Shown here: in pieces, positions 1 to 12,227 of the stretch
Layout of the letters: the number at the start of each line of letters is the position of its first letter
How positions within the stretch are numbered: position 1 is the first letter of the stretch
Assembly (NCBI GenBank): GCA_010356995.1
Contig: ML996701.1
Span: 426,963-490,962 of the forward strand
Length of the DNA stretch: 64,000 nt
Reading direction: 5' to 3'
From: Trichodelitschia bisporula
Taxonomy: Eukaryota
Notes under the pieces: model-generated
Databases searched by the model: none
What the model was told of the DNA's origin: nothing
What the model saw: only the letters and a program-made list of their open reading frames with translations
Program-made: the position numbers and the translations under genes

Positions 1-479
1 ATGGAGTCAAAGGTCGACGACACTTTGAGCGACTCGACGGGATCGTTACGAAAGACAATCGTAATGCCTTTCTGCTTTGAGAAAACCAGTATGACGAAGC
101 CCGATAATCGAAACTCGGATAGCGTGATCTGTAGCGGAATCGTGAGGCCTGACGCTGCGGCCAACGGCTCCGGTGAGGCAAAGGACGGCTTTGTCGACAA
201 GTACGTGTTCAGTGGATTCGCCTGCACTCGTGTTTTCAGCGTCAAAAAGGCATCCCCGGCGTATGTCATCTTGAAGATGCCGCGAAAGCGATCCTCTGCC
301 AGATCCCCAATCTCCAGTATCTCGAGGTCCGGCGGGGTCTCGCCCAAGTTGAGCTCGGTGACGACAATATCATCGACTATGATCGGAGGTTTGGGCGACT
401 TGTTTAGTGCGGCCGTCAACATCTCGCGCGCACGCGAGGTGTCGGCCATCAGCGGCGACCAGTTGAAGTTGAAGGCCAT
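1..479 (-). CDS. MDM34: Mitochondrial distribution and morphology protein 34 (ERMES SMP-domain subunit), 5' part; runs off the window
   Basis: Minus-strand ATG at 479 reads [90 protein letters not shown], the characteristic Mdm34 N-terminus. The + strand ORF 1..486 is its antisense shadow. Confidence 0.93.
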   Translation of the reverse strand, partial: MAFNFNWSPLMADTSRAREMLTAALNKSPKPPIIVDDIVVTELNLGETPPDLEILEIGDLAEDRFRGIFKMTYAGDAFLTLKTRVQANPLNTYLSTKPSFASPEPLAAASGLTIPLQITLSEFRLSGFVILVFSKQKGITIVFRNDPVESLKVSSTFDS

Positions 480-2099
480 GGCTTGATAAGGTTGGTGCGG
501 GGAGGACGCGAGCGCGACAGCGCGACGAAAATGACCGAATGCAGGTTGAATGCGCTTTCGAGTCTAAGTACGGCGGGACGATGAATTGGGATTGGAGCCA
601 GCTCGATGGGTTTGGCCGGACTGTGGGAGAGCGTTGGCTAAACGGAGCGTTTTTCTTGCGTGCAGATTTTATCCTGACTACTCGCGTGCCGGCAGCCGCC
701 GCGTGAACGGGGAGGATGATGCCATGCGCCGGGGGTTGTAGTGTAGTGTGGTTTGCGCTGGGCTATGAGGCTCGCATCGACACTCAAGGGCGGGAAGTGC
801 GTCGATAGAGGCCGATGAATGAGTTTTAGGTGAATTTTGAGGCGTTAGGTTGGTAAGGTAGGAGGTAGAGTCGGAAAGAGAGGTGGAGAGAGAAATTGTG
901 GGCTTTGGAGCGGCGGTGAGCTTTGCGTCCAGGGTTCTTGTTGTTCGGGTCGGAGGAGCAAGGGGACGGCTTGGAAGCCGCTTGGGAGAGCCCGCCGTCA
1001 CCCGCTTCTCCTCCTGTCGCCATTTTTTCCCGCACTCGTCAAGCCACACACGCGGGCCGTTCGCCAATCGACGTGCATTGCCGCTGCAGTTGATAGGCAA
1101 AAACCCCGCTAAATCATTAACCGCCGACACACCGCCTTGCCCATCTCTTTTCTCTCTCGTCGATACATTCCGTGGGGTTCCATCTTCTTGATTGATGCGC
1201 CGTCGGCTGCTGCTGCTTGATGTCGCGGCTTGCTGTACGGGAGAGTCGTTGTTCAATTGTCCCTGAAAGGGTCTTCAAGCTTAGAGAAATGCATCATCAT
1301 TCTAATTTTGACTATTGGCTACTACGGTCCAGACGGCGCGCACCACTCCGTTCCCAATCACCCCACTTCGTCCATTGCCTTGGATAAGCTGTTCCTGCGT
1401 AGCTTCTGGAGTCGAGAAATTGGCCGATATCATTCGCTCCCTCACATATGAAAGCTGCATAAAAAGCGACCATGAAACGCCAACCCGCTCCAAGGGTTAC
1501 CACGTCATACATTCCGCTAGGTACATATGCACTTCCGTACGTCGGGGAAGTACTGCTGCTCATTGGATGGATATTCTGGGGTAGTACTTAGCATATGTAC
1601 AGCATTGTGGCAGTCACGTCTTGCTCGGCGCCTTCCATCAATCGATAACAAGTGGAATTGACAGCCGATTCCTGAAGACGTTGTTGTGGTATATGCTCGG
1701 CCGGAGTGATGATCTTGTCGCAGCAAGCGTCATGATCGCTCCCGTTTCTACAGACATACTACGTACCGTCTGCAAACCGTCAATCGCCTACCCGCCAGCT
1801 CCTTCGTCGCTGAAGAACGAGTTCTTCGGCTTCACCACCGCCTGGACTGCTTGCGGACCTGCGCAAAGCAGGTGAAGGGTACAAGTCTCTTGAGATTCTA
1901 TTTGTGTCTACGTCGTTGGATTCGTAGTGCTGTCATATGCGGTGAGAGGGATATCCAGAAGATAAATGGCAAAGAAGGCATGTCGTCTGGGCAAGCCCCT
2001 ACCCGCTTCGTATCACAGGTGAAAGTTGCACGGAAACGTTCACGAAAAGCCCACGCACTTCAAGTCACCGAGTTACTCCTAGGACTCCAAAGGTACAGC

Positions 2100-2497
2100 T
2101 TATGCCGCCGTATCCTCGGCGAGAATCTTTTCGACGGCCTTGACTTTGTCCTCGAAATGCTGCGTCTTATCGATGCGCGAGCCTACGCGGATATCGCTCT
2201 GGATGCGGACCACACCACCTTCATGCAGCAGCGCATGCGCTTGTCCGATGACCCTCATAACCTGGTCCCAGGAGCCCTCTGCAAGTCCGTTAGAGAACTG
2301 GACCGGGACACATGGTGCAACGAAAAAAACTCACCCACAGTAGTGCCCGCCGAGTGCATCGAGTAGGCGAGACCGGACTGCTTAAGCAGCCGCTGCACCT
2401 CGGCAATCTCGCGTGATACGGACGCCGTGGGTGTGCCGATGGGGATAAGGCAGAAGTCGGCGATGCAGGCTGCGGGAGTGGGCAGTGTCAAGGCCAT
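2100..2497 (-). CDS. ECM15: UPF0045/thiamine-binding family protein (Ecm15-like), 2 exons
   Basis: Spliced product MALTLPTPAACIADFCLIPIGTPTASVSREIAEVQRLL...MHSAGTTV|EGSWDQVMRVIGQAHALLH...RIQSDIRVGSRIDK...; intron ~2279-2334 (GTGAGT..CTAAC..CAG). Confidence 0.88.
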
Positions 2498-3674
2498 TTT
2501 TGGAGTTGAAAATTGTTTGGGAGGGATGAGCGGGAGATTGCGCGGTCCCCATGTGAGGTTGGACGGATCTCGTGAGATGCCACCCCGGATATGTCCGAAC
2601 GGAATTACGTTGTATTGTTAACTCAGTTCCTTGCAGCTGCACTATGCCTTGTACGGTAGTACGGTAGTACGAAATCTCAAGCATCGTTTTAGGACATATA
2701 ACTCTTTAGTAGTCGTGATCTCTCTCTGGTTAGCAATAGAAGAGCTACGGTATGGAGGATAGGCAGAGAATTGGTAGGCTTTGTCCTTACGGTACCTGGA
2801 CTCCGCTAAAGTCTAGATTGCCATACTCGCATCGTTCAGATGTCGAACCTAGCTCTAGACCAGCAGCCCTAACGCTGACCTTGCTATTTAGGATTGTAGC
2901 CCCCCGGGGAAGGGCTGCCCGACGAAGATGTTGTTACCCCGCCCGATAGTTTCTGCATTCTTACCCAGCAAAAATCTTAGCACGAGGCGGTAATGACTTT
3001 CTACCGGAGCGACGACAAGACTTTCCCGGGCCGCCTTATGGCCCCTGCATCAGATCTCGAACGTCAAATGCCTCTGCGGTACGCGCTATTGGATGGGCCG
3101 ACAGCTCAATACGGTAGGTAAAGTTGAAGACGAGGCTAACACAACGTGGGAGGTGTCGTAGCCGTTGAATTATCACAGCTGAACAGCATTTGACATATGG
3201 GGAATTTGACATCACCTAATGGTGGACAGGGGGCGGGGAATCTGAACGCAGCAAGCCTCGATCGAAAAATTGACAGGGGTTCTCAACGAGTCTGTACCGT
3301 CGGCATCTCGCAGCGCGAGCTGAAACTGATCACGACCTCTTCCGCTCTATTTCTTTCGCACTCAGACTCTCGCTTAACACTTTTAAACGTTGCCCTAGGT
3401 CTTCGGTCTCCAGAAGACGCGTACGTAGTAACGAACCGGCATTGGCCATTAACGAGCCGATTTCCAAACGTCCGTCTGGTTGACTACCGCACTCTTTCCC
3501 GTCGATCGTTGCCAGCAGCTTTGCCGACACCGAGACTTGGGTTGATGTGTGGTTCGTTATCGCCTCAACCAGTTTTCTACTGCTCTGTACGCGCGGCTTC
3601 GCGATCGAGATTTCTTCAAGACCCGGACTCTGGAGAAGCGACTCTGATATAAATTTCACCGCCAATCCTTCATA

Positions 3675-4952
3675 ATGGCACAGCTCGATCAGTCCTTCGG
3701 CTTGTCTGCTCTGCAAGAGGGTTTGCCTCCGATTGCAGAGAAGATCACGGCAATAGCAGATCCCGTGGAATCGCGGCATTCCAGTATTGATGAAATGTCC
3801 CCTCCTGCCACCGAAGTGGCCTCTGGCGCCGCCCTCTCCTTTAAGGACTACGTCGTTAAAACCAGTACGCAATTAGTTGAGAATCGCTTCTTGAATCTCC
3901 ATTGTGCTAACGGCCAGTCAGCCCTCTGCGGTATTCCCGTTGGCCTTACATACCTTGCGGAAGGTGCCGCCAACATCATCTGGTGCATCGATTACCGCAA
4001 TGAAAAGCCCCTCTTCGGACCCGAAGGCCCAAGCTGCATCCTCCGCACCCGAAAATATCTGGAGGGTGAGATGCCGGTGGATACGTTACAAATCTACGAG
4101 AATATTCTCGAGTGCGAGCGCTATCTCCCCAAAGACTCGGTCCTCACGCCCGTTTGTGTTCACATCGAGCATTCTCTTCCCAAAGCCTTGAACAAGCTCC
4201 TCGCCTGGTCTGAGTCCACAAACCCGCCACTTCGCCCCCTGGACCGCCATCGCTCGCGCGTCATCGATGACCGGAACGCACTCATTCTGCCTAACTTAAT
4301 CCCGTCGGAGGGCTCCGGAAACCTGCTGTTTGAGTTCAAGCCTAAGTGGCTGTTGCAGTCGCCGACCGCACCTGAGGGTTATCGCCGGTGCCGGACCTGC
4401 GCGTACGATGCCAAGCGGGGACGTACAAACGACGGGAAGACGTTCTGCCCGTTAGTGCTCGTAGAGGGTCGGCGTGAAGAGGTTGCAGAGATTGTGCAGA
4501 GATTGTGTGGACGGTGGAAGACACATGGGGGAAGGGACGATGTCGATGAGGCACAAAAAGAGAAAGTAGCACCGTTGCTTGCTGAGGCGCTAACTGGTCC
4601 GGGAAAGAAAATCTTAACGGCCCTGCGGAAAGCGCAGGAACAGGATTCGCAAGGAGTCTTGGAGTGCGACAAGCTTCCACGCGACGACAAGGAAAGGGCT
4701 GCCCAGATGAACAAGGTAGCCCATGCCATGACTTACCGCGATTGTACAATGTTCGTCACAGTCAAGGAGGCGCAGGGCTCGTTTACGGCTGATATCAAGC
4801 TCGCCGACTTGGATCTGAAGGAGGCCACGGAGGGGCGGGTAAAGAAGTGGGTGGAGATTGAGAGGAGCCTGATCGATGAGGGCTGGTATACCGGCAAGGA
4901 GAAAGACCCTGGCCAAGTGCAGCACCACGGGTGTTCGTTCTGGAACACTTAG
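3675..4952 (+). CDS. IPK1: Inositol-pentakisphosphate 2-kinase
   Basis: 425-aa ORF with YLAEGAANII, FEFKPKWLLQSP, CRTCA, FCPL, RDCT and DLDLK motifs typical of fungal IP5 2-kinases. Confidence 0.85.
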   Translation: MAQLDQSFGLSALQEGLPPIAEKITAIADPVESRHSSIDEMSPPATEVASGAALSFKDYVVKTSTQLVENRFLNLHCANGQSALCGIPVGLTYLAEGAANIIWCIDYRNEKPLFGPEGPSCILRTRKYLEGEMPVDTLQIYENILECERYLPKDSVLTPVCVHIEHSLPKALNKLLAWSESTNPPLRPLDRHRSRVIDDRNALILPNLIPSEGSGNLLFEFKPKWLLQSPTAPEGYRRCRTCAYDAKRGRTNDGKTFCPLVLVEGRREEVAEIVQRLCGRWKTHGGRDDVDEAQKEKVAPLLAEALTGPGKKILTALRKAQEQDSQGVLECDKLPRDDKERAAQMNKVAHAMTYRDCTMFVTVKEAQGSFTADIKLADLDLKEATEGRVKKWVEIERSLIDEGWYTGKEKDPGQVQHHGCSFWNT

Positions 4953-5451
4953 GCCTGGGATGAGAGTTTGCAGGCGGGCGTCATTTTGGATGAGCTTTGA
5001 ATCGCGATTGGAGATGTTGCTTTACATTGGCGGACTACGGGATACCCGAGATACCCGCGTGGTGTTTGGTGGCCATCGTTGGCGTTTTTTGGCGTCTTTG
5101 CACAGATTTCTTCATTTTATCCCATCTATGTCTGATTAAATAGGTTGGTGCCGTGTTTTGGCATGCACGTAAGTACTTCTGTCGCATCCACTCGTACAGT
5201 GATTCCTGCGGTCCTTTTCAGAAAGTGCTTGTTGGAATTATGCTTTACAGCTAGGGTACTAATTTCAGTAGCCCTTCGCTCAAGCCCTTAGGAATATTCA
5301 AGGAAAGACCGCCAACGGAAGCGGCTTACAGCGGCATTCCGATATCAGAATTCAAGGCACTGGAAAAGGTACGCAAGCGTTTGGCTTCTGCCTGAATCAA
5401 GCGCGCTCAGCTGATATTCCCGCTTGGAGGCACCATCCTTCAAACAGGTCT

Positions 5452-6894
5452 CTAGAAGGCCACAAGGGTTCCCACAATACCCATAACCTCATCCAACTCT
5501 CCCTTCTTGTTCTTCATTCCGGGATATTTCTTGAAGTTGTAGTTGGCCTGCAGCAGTCAGTATGTCTCCGTACGCCGTATCACCATAGCAACTAACCTGC
5601 AGGTGCATAGTATCTCCCTTCTGCAGTGGGATGCCGTCTGGGAAGTTGCACGGATCCTGCTTTTCGATATGCAGAATCTCCAGGTTGTTATAGTCGCCGC
5701 CCTTGAGCTGGCGCCTGCGCATCCCTCCCATGCCATGTCCGGTCGACTTGGTGTAGTGCGGCACAGAGTTGCAAATAAGCTCGCTGTTCTTGAAGATCTC
5801 AACGCCTACACCGCCATCATGCATATGCCCGCCCGTCCCGAGAATAAGACCCGGCTGCGGCGCCCGCCACGGAAACGAATGCTCAGAAAACACCTCAGTC
5901 TTAGGCTGCTGGCTCATAGTGAGATTGCTCGGGCCCCAAGGCGAAGTGATATTCGTCCCCGGACAGCGGATCTCGGGACCGATAGTCATCCACAGCGTTT
6001 TCCCCTGGCGGTAGTCCGGGTGCGGCCCATCAAGGTACTCGTAGTGAATCGTCAGCCAGACCCACTTCTCCATGTTTTGCATGTTCATCAGCTCGGTGCT
6101 TAGGATGAAGCTGTCCGCCGCCGTGATGCTGTACCCAGACTTGATCTTCGCGTCCGGCAGCGCGAAGCCCCCCGTCGTCCGCTCATTACCGGACATGAAG
6201 ATATTCTCCACGCGCCCCGTCCCGCAATTCGGCTCCAGCACCTTAGGTCCCGAATTCAACAGCACGGTATGATGGAACCACGCCCCATTCGCATTCGTCG
6301 CCGGGCTCCCATCCGCATACTCCAGATCCGCAAAGATCGCAAGAATCGTACACTCGCCCGTGCACGGCTTTTTCGCGCCCATCTTGAACGTATTCGCCAT
6401 GCCCTGCACGTTGAGCACCTCGCTCTCAAAGTTCTTCTCCGATGTAGGCGGGATCCGGTAAGGTCCGTATCTGATCTTGACGGCTTTCGCTCCGGGGTCT
6501 TTCCACGTCCCCTTCGCTGGCACGTTGCGCACCTCTGGCACAGAGCTATTTGGCGGCACGGGTTGCGGGCCGTTGCCCTTGGGCGAAAGCAGCCCAAGTA
6601 GCGATCCGATGTCGAGTTTTGGCGCTCCGCCTGCTCCACCGAGCCCGCCTGGAAACTGGCGACGGGTTAGAGTGCCGCTGGGATCGAGCTGCGCGGCGCG
6701 AGCTTGGAGGAGCTTGTGGCCTGGAGCCGTTAGCTCAGTTTCTATCGGAACGGTGGAGAGGACGCACTGCTCCGCGGCAGCAGAATCGGGTTGTTCAACA
6801 GGCTAGACACGATTTCGCGGTCAGAGATTGGTGCAGGGGGCGCAAGGCTGAGGGCCGCAGCCCCGGCGACAAGGGAAACGAGTGTGAGGTGCAT
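5452..6894 (-). CDS. Secreted uncharacterised protein with HH / HxH / C-terminal Met motifs (possible PHM/PNGase-F-like fold), 3 exons
   Basis: ATG 6894 gives signal peptide MHLTLVSLVAGAAALSLA; introns ~6721-6767 and ~5548-5597; mature region has WFHHTVL, GGHMHDGG and ends GELDEVMGIVGTLVAF-stop. Confidence 0.75.
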
Positions 6895-7886
6895 GGCTCT
6901 CACAAGGGGATCTCTCCGTGCATGAAAGGTAGCGGCGGGAACGTATCATGTACCTGCGCTGAGGGATATATATCCCCCACGTCCTACCTACACTGTTTCC
7001 TCCGACTCCCTGGTTATCGACATGTGGCGATCGAGGCAATATGCGCGACTCGGAGCCGACTCGCAAGGCCTACCAAAAGATTGTGTCTTAAAGGGAAAAT
7101 ATAAATTATGGCCGTACACGGGCGATTGCCGAGCATTTGTAGGGTGCGCTGTGTGCATTCCGAGTGGTGCGGTCGGCTATGGCAATTTGCTCGAGACGCT
7201 ATTTCATATGTATAAGGTTGGCACATTGTTTAGCTGGCTGAGCCACGGTGGGACGTTTATTGCCATTTGACACCTGGGAGATAGGAGGAATATGTCACGG
7301 CCGGTGGACGGGTTGTCGAGGTGTTAGCCTGGGGTGGAGATCTAGGTTTAAGGTGGATGGCTTTAGGTGAGGTGATGGCGATCAGCACTGGGATTGTAAG
7401 TACATGTTGGTACCATCTCTTCAAGCCCACGATGAACAATCAAAACCGACCTACTGCCGCCGGATAGTGTTCTCGCTTGCCATTCGTCCTGAGCTTGGCG
7501 AGGAATGTGGTTGATCAGGTATGGCGCTGTTGCACCACGCCACCGTTCCAGAACCCGAGCTGCTGCAACTCGGGCAAATTTGAATCAACGTCAGGTATCG
7601 GTTGCTGACTAGTTCTTCACACTTCCCTATGGGGCTTGCCTTAAGTCGATATCCTACGGGGCCTGATGAAAGTAGCCATAACCTGTGGTGCGAGATGTCA
7701 ACGTTCACTTGCAGGGAATCAATAGGCCGGAGCAATAGTGTTGCAGAAGTGCGGCTTTTTTAAAGCTTCGCAAACCGCTCACGAAGCCGAAGCACTTGAA
7801 CTACAGAACTCCTCAGCCCATCCCACCGAAACGCCTCGCTAACAGAGGGGTATCACCGCTGATATGAGCCGGAAAACAATCGCAAA

Positions 7887-10459
7887 CTAAAAGATCGGAG
7901 CAGGAGACTCCAGACCCGGATACTCCCCCTTGGGGAATACCTTGCCGGCAACAGGGTCGTACTCCATTGGGTCGGGGTCGACGGTGTAGGCCGGCTGGTC
8001 GGCCGGAGTCAACGAAGTCTGGTCGATCTCGCGGCCAGTGAGAGCGAACCGAATCTTTGATTCGGCTATCGGCTCAACCGCATGCTATCAATGTCAGTTT
8101 CCTGCCTCAACTGAGCATGAATACGGATAACATACCTCGAAGAACTCTTGAATCTCGCGACCATGCATGGCCATGATGTCGCCGTGACTGAGACGCATGC
8201 TGATGGAAACTTCAGGCTTGCCAGTAGCAGGAAGCTTCAACTTGCGAGGAGTATCCTTCAAGAAATTGGAATACTCCTTTGTGCCGCGAGTAAGAGTCTG
8301 GAGGGTGTTAAACGCCTCCAGACGCTCCTCGTATTTAGCACAGCCCGGAACGGGAGGCCGGTCCACAAAAATCTTGGACTTGGTTTGTCCAAGATAATGC
8401 TTTGTCTTCAAGCGAAGTGACATGGTCGCCGAATGCCCAAGGCTGATGGTCCCGATCGTCGGCCCCAGACCAGTCTCGCCATCGTCATGGTACTGGTGAT
8501 AGTTAGAATGAACTCTTTCCTGGGCTTCCATCACTGAGAGAAAGGAAAACTCACGCCGATTTTATTCTTCTCCATGTAGGCGAGGGCGAGGATTTCATTG
8601 AATTCCTGGAACGTATCCCCCACGAGAAGACCAGCGGCCCAGTTCATGCGCGTCCGAGCCACAGCGATCGCGCGGGGAGCATCCACGAACGACTTGGTCG
8701 TTGCGGCAGCTAAGAATTTGTACGGCATACCCTGTTTGGACGTTAGTGACAGGATCAGTGAGAGTTATGAGGAAAGACGAACGTAGTTTGCTGTGAAATG
8801 ATTGCACAAGATCCCACCTTTGACTGCACATTATCAGAAAAACGGAAAGTAATGCACCGAGTTTTGCTTACTTTGGCCACCCGTTCCGTTGTAACGGCGT
8901 TCGAGATCAGAGTCCTGATCCTTCTGGATGTCTTCAAACATCCAGTTGGCTCCATCAGCCTCTGCAACAACGCCACCGCTCGCAATCATGTGAGCCACGA
9001 AGCCATCGACGCCAGGCAGCGTCCACTTGTTGACTCGATACCCATGGACGTAAAAGACCTCGAGTTGAACCCCCGATGCACAAGTGTCGAAGGAGGTTGG
9101 GACACCGGTAGGAAGCGGGTTGGACCAGTTGAAGAGGTCATCCGCCCGAACGCCTTCATGCGGGAGCTCGAGGACGAAACGACAACCGCCACACACCCAC
9201 TTGGTCCAGTGCACACGGGCCCCACAGCGGCCGCACTTCGGACAAACGAGGCCGCGGGTGGCCTCCCAGGAGTGGCAGGCGGTGGTGCAAGCGGCATCGG
9301 AGGTCTTCGTGATATCCGGGACCAGGGAAAACGGATTTTCCTGTTCCAGGGCGCCCCAGGGGGTGTAGGACTTCACAAAACGAGGATCATAGCGACCCGC
9401 GTTGCTGCCGATGGTCCAGAACTCCTTGCAGTCAGGGTTCAGACAGGTCCACATCTTCAGATTCACTTGCGGTGAATCAACGTGGCAAACCATACACGCC
9501 TGAACCACTGGAGGCGGAAGAGAACCGAGAGACTGGGCATCGCGGTTTGACAGCCACCATGCATCTTGCATGTCGGATCGCAAGACCTCAAAGCGGTATT
9601 TCCAGAGCTTGTGGGTTCCGGAGCGCTCACACCAGAGGTGGGTAAGTTTGAAGAACCCAAGCACCGAGTAGGTGCGGGGAAACTTCACAGCAGCGTCCGA
9701 GTACAAACCACCGACAATGATGACGACAGGCGTCTTCGACTTGATCGCGTTACGGGCAGCCTTCAATGCACTTCTACCCGAATCCTGGTCCTTCGAAAGA
9801 CCAACAGTCCCGTCGTCCTTGAGACTGAAGCCACCACCAGCCCGAGCGATAATGGTAGTGTTGTCGATGAAATCGCGGGCGCTGCCACTACTGTCAACCA
9901 AGTACGCACGAACCACTCCATTCGTGGAGTACGTTCCGCCTTGGAACGCACGGAAGTAAGAGAGCGTCTCGCAGAGGTCTTGCCGACCGTCCGCCCACAC
10001 ACGAGGAGCCAGGGGAACTTGATCCTTGAAAAGTCCCTTGACTGCAGCATGATGCGCCTCCGCAATGCGCTCCAGCTCGGAAATCAGTCCAACATCGACC
10101 GCGGGTTGGACGGTGATGATGTCATTGTTCAAGTCCGCCACGGCAGGGACTGGAACGGCAACAGTGTCTGTCACGGCAGGACCCGGAGCGGTAACGGTAT
10201 CTGTCACGACAGGACCGAGAGCCGCAACAGTGTCGATCACGGCAGGGCTCTGAACAGCAAGAGCCTCCGATTCGGTGTCTGAGGTGGGGACGTAGGTGCT
10301 GGTGTCCGAGGACCAGCCGTGATCCTCACCGGCAGCGAGGAGGTTCACCGCGGAGTCGACCCTCACAGAGCGCCGAAGACGCTTTGATGAGACGCCGGTG
10401 CTCTCGGTGACTTCAGGAGAGAGGTCCCCGAGCAGCATAGCAAGCTCACGCTTGGACAT
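7887..10459 (-). CDS. AlkB-type 2OG-Fe(II) dioxygenase with SRA/SAD-like N-terminal region and Cys clusters; at least 5 coding exons
   Basis: After splicing four introns (~8825-8871, ~8731-8783, ~8493-8554, ~8086-8135): HFTANY|GMPYKF, FNEIL, IG|YHDDGE (HxD), LSHGDIMAMHG, FE|HAVEP (distal His), RFALTGR. Cys clusters CMVC..CLNPDC and CPKCGRC..CGGC upstream. Splice signals at ~10480-10620 suggest leader introns, so the start is uncertain. Confidence 0.8.
10135..10250 (-). repeat. 33-nt coding tandem repeat (~3.5 copies) encoding PAVxDTVxAPG-like units
   Basis: Protein reads PAVIDTVAALG PVVTDTVTAPG PAVTDTVAVPV PAVAD. Confidence 0.8.
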
Positions 10460-12221
10460 CGTGCTGAGCAGTAGCTATTCTGAATCAGTTAGCGTATGAT
10501 GAAGAAGCAGTGGGAGTAGTTTCGAGTACACAAGTAAACCCGGTGGGTTGAGGCGGGTGCTATGCAACAAGTCCCAGCAAGACGATGTTGTGCTGTGAGG
10601 GGGTGAAAAGGAGTAAGCTTACCAGCTGCGATGTGTGCTTTGTGTTAGAGAAAGTTCTTCAACACTAAAAGGGGGTCGGTGATAGTGAGGATGAGCTGAA
10701 GTAAAACCTGCAGCAGGAAAAGATGTGAAGCTTAAGGAGTTGCGATGGTGCTTTGCAAAGCAGAAGATCGAGGTTGACGGTTGAGGTTGTCGCGGGAAAG
10801 GAGGCATTGTGGGCCAATTTTTTCGAATTTATAGTCCGACCCACGTGACCGGAGGAGAAACGATGGACGCTAGGCGAGTCGTGAAAGGAAAGTGCGATGG
10901 TGGGTGGAGGTGCTCGGTAGGTGGTCAAGGCACGTGATGGTACTGAAGAGGAAGGAACGATGGGTGGGTCGCACTGGACTGAATGGTGAGGCGGGTGGTG
11001 ACATCGCGCCTCGAACCAGTCGACACGGCGTAGGTGAAGTCTTCGTTGTCAATATAGGAGCCGATGGTACCTAGATGCCAGTGGACATTCGAAAGGAGCC
11101 ATTGCAACAGCGCTGTGTCGGCGGGGCCAGAGCGTGATATCGTTCCGCTGCAGCATACTGCCAGTCTCGCAGTGGCAAGCTTGACCGCCCTGAGGTCTGG
11201 CCGAGTGGAGGGTTAACCTTATGCCCTGACAGAACAAACGGTGAAGCTGAGTTGCAACGGAGGGAAAGCTAATATAGTCTGGTGGTCTTCAAAATGCGAA
11301 TCGGGCGTTTATGTAGCGGAGGGATCGTATCAATGCCAGCGTGACACCAGCACGTTGGCGAGTAAAGGACCACTTATAACTGTATCCAGCAACTTGAGAG
11401 ACCTGATATCCAGAAATGAGAATTGGATCCCAATAGTCAGGTCCTTGATGTCCCCGCTTATAGCGGTTGTTGGTTTGCATGTCGGGCAACGACAGTTAGT
11501 CCAAGATGCTGCTTTCGTTTCGAATATATATGCTCTGGCAAGTCGTATCGACCCCGTCAAACACCGTCATGGTTCATGAGGTACTACAGCGTATAATCCT
11601 GTCGGCGATTAGCTCACGTTCAAGGCGAGAAGAAGACTAAGGTTAAAAGACCGAAGCAATTTCACATCGCATACGTATGGCCGTCATAGGTTTCCAGGAG
11701 ACATTTATTCAGAGGGTGGCTTGTATCCACAACACAGCAGATTGATGATGATTAGTTTCTGAATTTCGTTGGCATTGATGTTTGTCGTCGATTGTACAAA
11801 GCTTGGCCTGCTTGGCTCTCAGCAACCGGCTCCGAGACAATCCCGCGGTCCTACGGCCTGGTGGAACCTTGCTTGAGCCGACACACTGTGGTACCGCTCT
11901 TGGCCGAGCCGCTTCGGCCGATGGCCATGGCGCGACCGACTTCGTTTACTGTCTCGACCGGCTCTTTGCCGGATGAGCGACCGACCGCCTTGATGATTCC
12001 AGTGCTCAAGAAACTCATGCCCGAAGGCGTCTATAGTTACGATCGGACCATCCGAGTTGCATGGCCGTCAAACATGGGGCCTCTGGACGGAAAAACTGCG
12101 TACGGTCTGTCTCGACGAACAGGAACAAGTAGCCATCAAGTCCCGATCCTCAACGCCGTGCCGTTCGGGAACGCACCATTTCCGACTACGTTGGAGACGT
12201 GGTGGGGTTGTAGGGATCTGG

Positions 12222-12227
12222 CCTCGG
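12222..12227 (+). promoter_or_regulatory. CCTCGG hexamer, possible FarA/FarB-type fatty-acid/peroxisome element
   Basis: CCTCGG ~235 nt upstream of a PTS1-bearing acyl-CoA ligase; a single 6-mer, may be chance. Confidence 0.25.

Noticed and set aside
1..486. + strand 161-aa ORF
   Set aside because: Antisense shadow of MDM34, which is clearly encoded on the minus strand.
1706..1813. GTGATGA...CTGA as a C/D box snoRNA
   Set aside because: No terminal stem or recognisable rRNA antisense element; these short boxes occur by chance.
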